Shown here piece after piece: positions 36,501 through 44,661 of a stretch of DNA of 64,000 nt. The notes below the pieces were generated by a model. That model saw nothing but the letters and a program-made list of their open reading frames with translations. It was not told the DNA's origin and did no database searches. The stretch spans positions 15,580,140 to 15,644,139 of the forward strand of contig CP154954.1 of the NCBI GenBank assembly GCA_039621445.1, written 5' to 3'. The DNA is from Euglena gracilis. Its lineage: Eukaryota. The number at the start of each line of letters is the position of its first letter. Position 1 is the first letter of the stretch. A program made the position numbers and the translations under genes.

Positions 36501-37771
36501 TTGGTGGTGTTTTGGGCGTTTTAGGGGGGTTAGCCAGATGCTCATTTTTTCTCAAAACTGTGTTTCGCAGGTCATTTTTGGGCAATTGTCCTATTTCGGC
36601 CCAGCCCGGCCCAGCCCAGGTCCAGCCAGGGTCCAGCCCATACCATTGCTTAACCCCCCCCCCCCCGGGGGGTTGGTGACTGACTGGTTTTTTTCAGAAT
36701 GACTGACGGGTTTTCTGGCCAAGAGTCCCCCCCCCCCGGGGGGTAGGCCCAAAAATGAAAAAGTGGCTGGCCTGGCGCCAGAATTTTTTTGGAGTTTTTT
36801 GAGACTTTTTGGCAATATTGCTTTGCCAACACGAGCGCATTCAAAGGTGGCTGATCCCCCGGGGGGGGGTAAAGTGACTGACTGGTTTTTTTGGGGGGAA
36901 AAGTTGCTGACTGGTTCTTTCAGAGTGGAAAGTGACCTCCCCTCACCCCTGGGGGGGGGGTCGCTAAGCAATGGTATGGTCCCCCAGCCCAAATTTCTAG
37001 CCCTAGCCCAGCAACCCCGGGGTCCTTAAGGAGATGCATGCTCCTGAGCAGCGGCCGGCGATAGTTCAAAATGGGCCGAGGTTGGCACAGTCCTCTGTAC
37101 CGGTGTCCAGAATGCGCCGTGTACCCTGTGCTGGTGCAGGGGAAATTGTTTGGGCGGAAATAGCCAATCTGGGAAATGCCCAAGGGTTCCCCCCCCCCAC
37201 CCCATCCTTGGGTGGGTAGCCTCCCGCCCCAACTCTCCTTCCCATTTTTCCCGGGGCAGTTTGTAAAAACGATCCTTTGATGCCGAAGGTGTGGGCACCA
37301 TTGGGCACCACCACAGCACACCAGAGAAGTGCCATGGTGGGCGGGTCGTATACATATGGGCCCCACCCACTACGGGGAGGGGGACCAGAAGAAATTCTCT
37401 GCCCCCCCCCCCCCCCGAAAACAGGTTGTCCAAGCCAACCTAGACCTGAACCAGGCAGAAAATATCCCGTTAGATTACAAAAAATCTGGTTCAGGATTTC
37501 GGGACCCAACACCTTATTCCCTGGTTTCTGATCTCAAAACCAGAGGGGGGGGGCAGACAAAATGGAGGTTCACAAGCGACTGCAGGGAAATATGGTGCAA
37601 GTGAAATTAGCACAGCACGCTGCCGGGGACCACCAACGGGCGCGGCAGCTGCTGGCGGCCCACCCGCTGCTGGACCCGTCCGACAAGTCATGGGCCACCC
37701 TGGCTGCCCAGCTGGTGCGCACGGAGGCTGGCCAGCCATGGGACGGCGTGTTCTACTTCACAGAGAAGTAA
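502..37771 (+). CDS. Gene A span: multi-exon transmembrane class III adenylyl cyclase (5' end outside window)
   Basis: Exons join in frame to give extracellular domain, TM ([22 protein letters not shown]), HAMP-like MDRIAQLQF...[24 protein letters not shown], and cyclase motifs [51 protein letters not shown], ending [13 protein letters not shown]. Confidence 0.9.
1403..1494 (+). CDS. Gene A exon (AA)[29 protein letters not shown]; start 1403 (GT-AG reading) or 1408 (stem reading)
   Basis: In frame with both neighbours; downstream intron has CAG at +4 (1498-1500) and CTG at -8 (3307-3309). Confidence 0.75.
3315..3434 (+). CDS. Gene A exon [40 protein letters not shown]
   Basis: Coding-like codon usage; stem-type acceptor; possible GT donor at 3435. 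Confidence 0.75.
3685..3792 (+). CDS. Gene A exon ...[28 protein letters not shown] (boundaries approximate)
   Basis: tttttag acceptor at 3684 keeps frame with the 3435 GT donor; 3' boundary uncertain. Confidence 0.6.
4358..4442 (+). CDS. Gene A exon [28 protein letters not shown] (start approximate)
   Basis: Downstream intron 4443..6063 has a 13-bp terminal stem caggggccggccc/gggtcggcccctg (one G-U). Confidence 0.75.
4585..4950. repeat. AGGCACCC/GGGTGCCT inverted-motif MITE family (also ~8880-9150 and ~15360-15640)
   Basis: Recurrent aggcacccc and ggggtgcctg motifs plus a shared cggcgccnaaggcgccgg core. Confidence 0.7.
5770..6030. mobile_element. MITE with TA TSD and internal ggtcacaggttgcagg repeats
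   Basis: TIR cccc...ctagtcgtacgacc/ggtcgtacgactag...gggg, TA on both sides; second copy at 20807-21069. Confidence 0.8.
6064..6164 (+). CDS. Gene A exon [34 protein letters not shown]
   Basis: GC3-rich codons; both flanking introns have +4/-6 stems; frame preserved. Confidence 0.85.
7066..7619. mobile_element. TA-TSD MITE inserted in (ATGT)n
   Basis: Imperfect TIR cctctccccc...agcccaatgaacac/gtgttcattgggct...gggggagg; TA at 7064-7065 and 7620-7621. Confidence 0.75.
7774..7895. mobile_element. Small TA-flanked palindromic MITE inserted in (ATGT)n
   Basis: ccccaaataataaacccc/ggtttattatttgggg inverted repeats with TA flanks. Confidence 0.65.
8465..8511 (+). CDS. Gene A exon [16 protein letters not shown]
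   Basis: Stems caagtg/cacttg upstream and cagcg/cgctg downstream; joins to ASHGKYF. Confidence 0.85.
10070..12240. repeat. Large interspersed repeat/foldback family with internal inverted copies (also ~14130-14950 and ~35260-35380)
   Basis: gaaatcaaaatactgttagatagggcatt at ~10122 and ~35300 is inverted at ~10825 and ~11793; other blocks recur in both orientations. Confidence 0.75.
13149..13309 (+). CDS. Gene A exon [53 protein letters not shown]
   Basis: Strong coding bias; CTG at 13141-13143 and CAG at 13313-13315 in register. Confidence 0.9.
13804..13830 (+). CDS. Gene A 27-nt micro-exon QSWTAIPEM
   Basis: Both flanking introns have CAG/CTG stems in register (downstream: caggggctgttctta/taagaacacccctg); frame preserved. 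Confidence 0.85.
   Translation, partial: SPGRPFLK
15698..15750 (+). CDS. Gene A exon [18 protein letters not shown] (end ambiguous, 15747-15759)
   Basis: Acceptor stem in register; two alternative 5' stems pair with tctccagccc at ~16020-16029. Confidence 0.8.
16030..16145 (+). CDS. Gene A exon [39 protein letters not shown] (start 16030 or 16033)
   Basis: Open frame with coding bias; downstream stem cgggg/ccccg in register. Confidence 0.8.
16746..16842 (+). CDS. Gene A transmembrane exon [32 protein letters not shown] (apparent +1 G frameshift at 16758-16763)
   Basis: Hydrophobic helix is split across two ORF-track frames at a G6 run. Confidence 0.8.
18096..18154 (+). CDS. Gene A exon [19 protein letters not shown] (HAMP-like)
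   Basis: In frame; downstream intron ends pair (tcactca/tgagtga). Confidence 0.85.
18419..18479 (+). CDS. Gene A exon [21 protein letters not shown]
   Basis: HAMP second helix; downstream stem cagggactttt/aaaaatccctg. Confidence 0.9.
19482..19514 (+). CDS. Gene A 33-nt exon [11 protein letters not shown]
   Basis: FGKFVP cyclase-transducer motif is rebuilt across the junction; CAG/CTG in register on both sides. Confidence 0.9.
20098..20137 (+). CDS. Gene A exon [13 protein letters not shown]
   Basis: CAG/CTG stems in register on both sides; frame preserved. Confidence 0.85.
20481..20587 (+). CDS. Gene A cyclase exon [36 protein letters not shown] (end approximate)
   Basis: Class III cyclase FADIEGFS motif with the first metal-binding Asp; CAG at 20591-20593 suggests the intron starts at 20588. 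Confidence 0.92.
20807..21069. mobile_element. MITE, same family as 5770-6030
   Basis: TIR cccgcccc...gtcgtacgacc, TA flanks, same internal repeats. Confidence 0.8.
22495..22770. repeat. GTGACTGACTGGTTTT repeat family (also ~36660-36965, ~46225-46545, ~53400-53690)
   Basis: Near-identical blocks at several loci. Confidence 0.75.
25276..25374 (+). CDS. Gene A cyclase exon [33 protein letters not shown]
   Basis: R-x-G-I-H-T-G-x-x-x-V-G motif; stems in register. Confidence 0.92.
25455..26180. repeat. Compound (CATC)n/(CATA)n/(CATG)n microsatellite
   Basis: Directly visible. Confidence 0.95.
27430..28578. mobile_element. TIR element with subterminal (ccgaccgcag)n repeats
   Basis: Ends gcacctatg/cataggtgc; ccgaccgcag arrays at both ends; interior switches from T-rich to A-rich. 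Confidence 0.6.
28937..29393. mobile_element. hAT-like MITE, 18-bp TIR cagggttcgatataagga
   Basis: Perfect TIR; poly-C on both flanks is compatible with an 8-bp TSD. Confidence 0.8.
29448..29492 (+). CDS. Gene A cyclase exon [15 protein letters not shown]
   Basis: YT-x-x-GD-x-V motif; upstream stem cagggct/ggccctg. Confidence 0.9.
29658..30124. mobile_element. hAT-like MITE, 19-bp TIR cagactttcagttagtgcg, 8-bp TSD atcttggc
   Basis: TSD at 29650-29657 and 30125-30132; subterminal gcgccgca repeats. Confidence 0.9.
31325..31365 (+). CDS. Gene A cyclase exon [14 protein letters not shown]
   Basis: Catalytic N-x-x-x-R; downstream perfect 11-bp stem caggctgcccc/ggggcagcctg. Confidence 0.92.
33052..33145 (+). 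CDS. Gene A exon [31 protein letters not shown]
   Basis: Resembles the cyclase C-terminal I-x-VS...V-x-V-x-GK segment; CAG/CTG in register. Confidence 0.9.
33812..33924 (+). CDS. Gene A exon [37 protein letters not shown] (3' end unresolved, may reach ~33960)
   Basis: VYE motif follows GK as in class III cyclases; acceptor CTG at 33804-33806. Confidence 0.8.
34620..35095. repeat. GGGCAATTGACGCCCCC 17-bp-unit repeat family (two copies here, another at ~55295-55490)
   Basis: Tandem 17-mers followed by aattgtcacccc motifs; shared downstream sequence between 34620-34830 and 55295-55490. Confidence 0.75.
35564..35659 (+). CDS. Gene A exon [32 protein letters not shown]
   Basis: GC3-rich; downstream stem cagcccgctgtgct/agcacagcacgctg. 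Confidence 0.8.
37628..37771 (+). CDS. Gene A terminal exon [47 protein letters not shown]
   Basis: WDGV...K* tail typical of many bacterial-type class III cyclases; TAA at 37769-37771. Confidence 0.88.
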   Translation, partial: DHQRARQLLAAHPLLDPSDKSWATLAAQLVRTEAGQPWDGVFYFTEK

Positions 37772-38360
37772 CGGAGCAGGCTTTATCTTGTCCCTGTCTG
37801 ACAGCTTGAAGCTGTCATGCCCGAGAACCTGCCAGGTGTCGTCTGGGAAATTGTCAGTGTCCCTAACTCCCCCCCCCCAAATACCCTGGCGAGGTGCCAG
37901 GTTATTGGAGCCAACTTTTGGCCCTGTCCCCCCGCCAGGTTATTTGGGCCACCTTTTCAGCGCCGTAAAGGAATTTTGCCAAAAAAGGACCCCGCCAAGT
38001 TACTGGAACTATCTTTTTTGCCCCTCCCCCCGCCAAGTTATTCGGCCCCCGCCAGGAGTTGGGACCCCGCCAGGTTATTTGGGGGGGGTTTAGTTCCGAC
38101 CGACCCATCAGGTAAAAGCAGACCTCTCGTTCGTGTGCATCAAGAAAAAATTTATTATGAACAGTGTATATTTTTTGTATTTGGTGTGCATCGGTCCCTC
38201 CTCAACCTTTTCTCACAGGAATGAAGCAAGTCCCCTTTTTTTCCCATTTTGACCTTTTTTATTTTTGATCATTTCGGTCATTCTTGTCCACTGCTGTGCA
38301 GAATTTCAATTTCCCCCATTTCCAGAACATTAAACTCTGTATCTGAGCGTCCACAATACC

Positions 38361-38532
38361 TACCTACCCCCCCCCCCCCGGGAAACTGTCATGCCCGAGA
38401 ACCTGTCAGGGTCCCGCCCGGGAAACTGTCAGGGTCCCTGCTACCGGCCAACCTGTCAGTATAGGAAGTTGTCAGGGTCCCCGGTACTGGCCAACCTGTC
38501 AGGTGACAGTTTCCCGGGGGGGGGGGTAGGTA
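38361..38532. mobile_element. TA-flanked MITE, TIR cccc...gggaaactgtca (related copy ~18535-18670)
   Basis: Inverted termini with TA flanks. Confidence 0.75.
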
Positions 38533-41500
38533 TGCCGGTAGGTATGCCGATGCAGACTATGTAGCCCATTCGCCAATGTGCATGGCTATTCCCGCGACGC
38601 CGGGATACTCCGGGGAGTCAATAAGTGGCCGCAAAAGAAGCAGCTTGGGCGAAAGCACCCCTTCGGTTTCCCCCCCACCCCGACTTCCCGGGCCATTTTT
38701 CTTTCCTACGGCCTGCACGAAGCATCCCCCCGCCCACACCATGCGTGCCTCACATGCGGGCCTCACAATGTCTTTGTGCTTCGCCCTCGGTGTCCCTTCC
38801 TCCCTTTTCCTTTCCTCGAGGGAGTGCGAACTTCCTGAGCACCCTACTTGATGCCGGAAAGGCCGGCCGAGCAATTGTCTCGTCCAATTTTCAAAAAAAA
38901 CCGACAATTTCCAGAGGAGCCCTTTTCAAAAAATAAGCGTTGTTGCGGGAAACTTCTCGCCCAGGGTTTTCCGACCTGCTGTCCGCGCCTGATTTTGCTG
39001 GCCCGAAAAATGGGGGAATGGGCCAGCTTGCTCTTCCCCCCCGTTCTGAGTTGGAAATGAGGCTTTTAATGCGGTTTTGGCTGATCTTGGTAAAAAAAAT
39101 CCCAACAGCCCAAAAATGGGCTTTGGGCCAAAAAAATCACTGGACAAAGTTTTCCACTCGCCAGCTGCTAGGATTTCCGCTTGACAAATTTTGGACTGGG
39201 TTCATCGAGCCCCCCAGGGGGCTACTGCGGACCGTTGAATGAACAATGCATGTGAGTCAAAATCTGACCCATACCAGGGTGGTGCAACGGGCCCCCCTTG
39301 GCCATGGGGAGGAGTCGGTCCCAGGAGTTGGGGGGGGGGGCGATCCCCCACCCACCATGGCACCCGCACAAAGAAATCCCCACGGCGCCCAAAGAAAATT
39401 TTGGCTGAAAAATCGGGGCCCCCGGAAACACAAGAAGGCCGATGGTTGGCACGCAGTCCACCACTCCACTGAAGCATGGAAGCGATCTGAGGCCTGGTTT
39501 CAGACCCCAAGGGTGCGACACTGATGGCCTTCTCTGACGTTGTCGCCCTTTGGTGCGTGCATTCGCGTGTGTTTGTCTGTGTGTGTCGCGTGTTTCATTT
39601 TGGTGCGAAGGGGATTGAGTGCTGCTGTTGGACGCCTGATTGATATGACTGATAAATGTGTGGGTTCCCCCATTTTGCAGTTCACGATGTGCTGGTGTAT
39701 TGTTAAAAGGGCTGCGGGTGAATGCGACCCACATGGGAGACCTTTCGGTCTCCGTTGTACACACACCGAATAAACCCCGCCTGCGTAAATAACAGCATGT
39801 CGTTCTCACGCATGTTTTAGCTGGGTCTGACGACTCCCAAGATTGCTTGGGGTTTCCCTTTCGCTTCGGCCAACCACATCATGTTCCCAACACCGACTGT
39901 GCAAGGTTTCGCTTCTTTGGCAGCAGCTTTAGGTTGATGTGCCGCTCGGCAGGTCATCCCCCAGCATGTATTTTTCTCAGTGTAATGAATACGTACCGCA
40001 TTTGTATGTTTTGGTTCCAATAAATTCTATTTTGCACACCCATCTCCCTTCCAGCATTCTCAGAGCACGAGGGAGGCCAATACCTCTCCTTTAGTGCCCC
40101 CACCGCACCCCGGCCTCCAATCACCCAGGCTGCCTCCTGTTGCTCCCCAACAGTACCTTTTGGGCAACGTATGCTGCATAAATTAATGATTGTGTGATGG
40201 GCACCGTGACAATAAAAGACATCTGTCTAGCCAAGAGATTTTCGCAATGATGGACGATGAAATTGACCAATTATTTTTTTAGATGGTTTGAAGTGGGCAG
40301 GAAGCGGAAAACCGCTTCGTCCGACCCCCCAAACTTTTAGCCTTTTTTTGGAAGAACCCCTTTTTGGGTAGTTTCTGACGATCGTTTGGGTTAGAATAAT
40401 GAATTTCTATAAGAGGCCGAAATGAGCGAAAGGCGGCATAATTTTTTAAGCCAAAGTAGAAATCGGCGAACAGCACCCGAAATTTTCAGATGAGGCGAAA
40501 AACACGCTTCGTCACTGCCTAGTTCTACTGCACTCCAAACTGAAGAAAAGCAAAACGATCCGAAATGGGGGTCTCCCGAGACCCGAACTGGTGGTCTCCC
40601 GAGAACCGAAAGAGCAGGGAAACCAAGATTGCCAAAAACTGCTTCCCTATTGAACGTCAAAAAGCGGAAATGAGAAGCTGGAAGAGGATTGGAGAAGATT
40701 GACCGCAAACACCCCCAAATTTTTTAAAATGACCAAGAGGAAGCGGAAACACATTTTCCTAACGATTCAATTTTTATGACCATGATTTCTAAGGCCTGAG
40801 TGGCCTTAAGGGGCACTAAAACGAGGGTGAGATGAAGCCGGAACCCACTTCCTCCATCTAGCATATGTTCATTTCAAAATAGTCTCTGTGGCATGGGCAT
40901 TCGGGAAACGTTGAGTGGTCAACAGATAAGTTTGTGCTGTGATAGCACGTTCATGCGGTTGATGCTAGAACACGCCCCTGTCCGGATGGGGCCTTGAGAT
41001 ATGAAGCACGAATGCAGGGGGAGGGAGGAAGATGGTTTGAAATGTTTGCGTGGGAGAGCTGGTTGTGAACAAGGTTGTTGCGATCTGGCCCAAATGTATC
41101 GCGGGACACAGAATGACATCTGGATGCTTTTGGTGCACCCACTGCAACCACTTTGCTTGGTCCCTCGAACTATGCACTTACTGAGGGAATGCATTGCACC
41201 CCCCAGGCGTGGAGTCGTTGTGGCAGTGTGGGCAGGGCATTGTGGGCTGGGGAACGTCATCTAAACTCAACGGGAGAGGGAGGGCCATTGGGGACGGTTT
41301 CTGGCCTCACCGTGATGGGATTGAAGTACTTTTGTGGGTGTAATAACGAGCTGAGATGCAGCATCATGGATGAGGCGGGTCCAAGTGGTTCAGAGAGTGC
41401 TCCCCCTTCCCCTGAGACGAACATGTGGTGCAGTACCCAGCCTCAGATGCCAAGGTTTGATCCGAGGAAGCGGAAAGCCGCCTCTTCGGATTGCAGGGTA

Positions 41501-42440
41501 TAGGGCGAGGAGGAGATTGCCAGCCACACCATAGCTACACCAATAGAAACAGGCGGTTGGAGAAGTTGCCTCGTCGTCCATAATGAAGCGGAAACTTGCT
41601 ACCTCGGTGTTTTTCAACATACCCTGAAGCGTCCCGGAATCAATGTGAATCCTGTGGAGGTTGCAGAGCAGTTCCTGTAGCAGCAGACAGGGACGGAAGC
41701 GGCTTGGTGTGTACTGCAGAGGGGTGTGGTGATGGTAGGTTTTGAACAAGATTGTGTCAGGGGAGCAGCACAGAGGAAATCAGGCATCTGGAAAAAAGAT
41801 TCAGAGGAGAGTAGTCCACACATCTCGGAGGTGGCGTTGGGCATCACCCGTGGCAATCCATCCAGAGGATATCTTTGGTATTCGCAGGCATATGCCACAC
41901 CAAAAGGGGTCACGGGGAGAGAAAACCGTTGGATGGGGACCCAGGAGGGGAAGGAAGATGGTGGTTTCAAGTGAGAGAAGGCAGGTGTTATCCCTTCTGG
42001 TACCAGAAACAGAAAACAAAGCCAAGTGAAAGCTGCAATTGGGCCTGGACGCTTTGTCGCAATCAAAAGAAAACTGGACCACAAAGCCTTTAAAAGCCCC
42101 CTCCCCAAACCTGTGAAATCCATCGAAACCTGCCAAAGTATCCAGCGATGCAGAATTCTGTTTCAAAACCTGCCAAAATATCCAGCTGTGGAGAATTCTG
42201 TTTCAAAACCTGCCCTCACGTTCCTGCTTCCACAGCCAAAGCGCATGCAGTTGGGCCTTTCCTGTGTGGTTTTGTCCATTTGCTCTTCCCGGGCCGTGTT
42301 TCAAGCCCACCTCCACCTGTTACGTCGCAGAAGGTGGACCCTGGAGGGCTGTCTTCGTCCTCCAGGGCCCGCCGATGGCTCTCGGCAGGACATCCTGGTG
42401 AACTGAACACCTACCATACTCCCAGGAGGCTCACGGTGAC

Positions 42441-44661
42441 CAGGCATTATTTTTTTTTAAGGCGAGATTTCTCAAAAAATTTTAAGGCGTTTTTTAAGGT
42501 TTTTTAAGGTTTTTTAAGGTTTTTTGAGGAATTTTAAAAATTTTTAAGGTTTTTTAAGGCATTTTTTTTCATTGCAACTGTTTTAAATTTCTGACCCTAT
42601 TCAGGACATTTGCTTGCCTGTTGGACTTAAATGGCCTAAAATGGCCTCAAATGGGGAAATTTTGGGGCTTGACCATAGGTGACCAAGGTTGACTGCTTGT
42701 TTTTTTGAAACAAAAAAAATGTTTTTTTAAAACAGCATGTTTTTTTTAAAAAAAACTTTTTTTTAAAAAAACAATTTTTAAAATACAGTAGGGGAACTAA
42801 ATAGTGGGACACCTGAAAATTTTGTGGGTCATACCCAACCCCCAGCCCCAAAGCCTCTGCCAGCCCATGGGATGTGGTGATGGTGTGTGCACACTGGCAT
42901 GGCCCTGCCCCACGCAGCAGTGCCCCAGCCAGCTCTGCTGCAGCACGCTGTGCCAAAATCAGGCCAATCCTATGTGAGCAGGTTTTTTCCATTTCCTGAC
43001 CCCTTTTGGACTGCAAAGAAAACCCAGCCTCAGGTAAGGGGACGAGGCGGTTCACACTGCAGTGAGTGACATTGGACCCCTACTTTGAACAATGCAGGTT
43101 AACAACCCCTGTCAACGTGGGCTGGTGGGGCGATGGCCTCGACATGCGGACCAATTTGGGCAAAAATCACCGTTTTTGGCCATTTTTTGCCCAAATTGGT
43201 CCGCATGTCGAGGCCATCGCCCCACCAGCCCACGTTGACAGGGGTTGTTAACCTGCATTGTTCAAAGTAGGGGTCCAATGTCACTCACTGCAGTGTGAAC
43301 CGCCTCGTCCCCTTACCTGAGGCTGGGTTTTCTTTGCAGTCCAAAAGGGGTCAGGAAATGGAAAAAACCTGCTCACATAGGATTGGCCTGATTTTGGCAC
43401 AGCGTGCTGCAGCAGAGCTGGCTGGGGCACTGCTGCGTGGGGCAGGGCCATGCCAGTGTGCACACACCATCACCACATCCCATGGGCTGGCAGAGGCTTT
43501 GGGGCTGGGGGTTGGGTATGACCCACAAAATTTTCAGGTGTCCCACTATTTAGTTCCCCTACTGTATGTGTTTTTTTAAAAAAAACACATCAAAAAAGTC
43601 TGGAAAAACTTAAAAACGTCACTTTTTGATGACAAAAAAATACTTTAGAACTTTTTCCTCAAAAAATGGCCATTAAACTCCCTCAAGCCCCCATTTTTCA
43701 CACCTTCCAAAAAATCAATATTTTCTCAAAATTTTGAATTTGAGAGGTTTTTGAAGCAAAAGAAATGCCATTGAAAATCCAACAAATTTGACAGAGGAAA
43801 AGTGTCAGTAACATTTGACTGTGCCAAAACTTGGTCCACCTTTTTTGACCTTCGTTATTTTCCACCCCCCCCCCAAAACTACCAAATTTAACCCTGAAAT
43901 CTTTGAGTTTTTCTTTTGTCAAAATCAACATTTCTCAAAATTTCAATTTTGAGAGATTTTGGAAGCAAAAAAAAATCCCACTGAAAATCCAAAAAAATTT
44001 CCAAGGGAAAAAATGTCAGTAAAATTTGACTGTTCCAAAATTTGGTCCCATTTTTTTGACCTGCATTTTTTGACCCCCTCCTAGAAACTAACAATTTTCA
44101 TCCCTAAAATTTTGGTGATTTTTTTTGCTTGAAATGCTGTGGCAAGTGTGGGAAACTGCTCCAGCGTAGTAAATTGTCCCAAATCGGGATTTTTTTGTTG
44201 TTCATGCAACTTTTGCTGCAATTGCACTTTTGAGCAATTTGGGTTGACTCCTCCAAGAATGTCTCAAGTAATTCAAATCAAGAAAGATGTGGTTGCAAGT
44301 TTTGCTTATTCTGGCCGTGTGTCACAGCTTTTGGTGAACCGAGGCCAACCGAACTATGCCAGAAACCTTGGCAAACAATCCGGTTTTCACATTGTTTGTT
44401 CACAACCGCTTCTGCATTGACTGGCTTTATGCGGGGTTTCAGACATGCCATTATTTTGTTTGGTGCAAGAAAAAAAATCCCAGGGAGAATTTTTAAGGTT
44501 TTTTAAGGTCATCACGCGGAGGAAAAACTTCCCCGGGGTGATTTTTTTAAGGTCTTTTAAGGTTTTTTAAGGTTTTTTAAGGCATTTTGGCAAAAAAAAT
44601 TTTAAGGTTTTTTAAGGTTTTTTAAGGTTTTTTAAGGCGCCTTAAAAAATAATAATGCCTG
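42441..44661. mobile_element. CAG...CTG TIR element with aaggtttttt subterminal repeats; hosts the foldback element
   Basis: caggcattatt...ttaaggcg/cgccttaa...aataatgcctg; no clear TSD. Confidence 0.6.
42786..43564. mobile_element. Foldback/Tc1-mariner-like nonautonomous element: 381-bp inverted arms, 17-nt spacer, TA TSD
   Basis: Arms 42786-43166 and 43184-43564 mirror each other (ORF track shows mirrored ORFs); termini TA|CAGT...ACTG|TA. Confidence 0.9.

Larger units (their letters stand above)
538..37627 (+). other. Nonconventional (stem-closed, non-GT-AG) introns of gene A
   Basis: CAG at +4..+6 and CTG at -8..-6 in introns 1495-3314, 4443-6063, 8512-13148, 13310-13803, 13831-15697, 18480-19481, 19515-20097, 20138-20480, 25375-29447, 31366-33051, 33146-33811 and 35660-37627. 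Same register with other triplets in 538-1407, 6165-8464 and 16146-16745. Confidence 0.88.

Noticed and set aside
42887-43463. Mirrored ORFs as duplicated genes
   Set aside because: A consequence of the palindrome; no recognisable protein.
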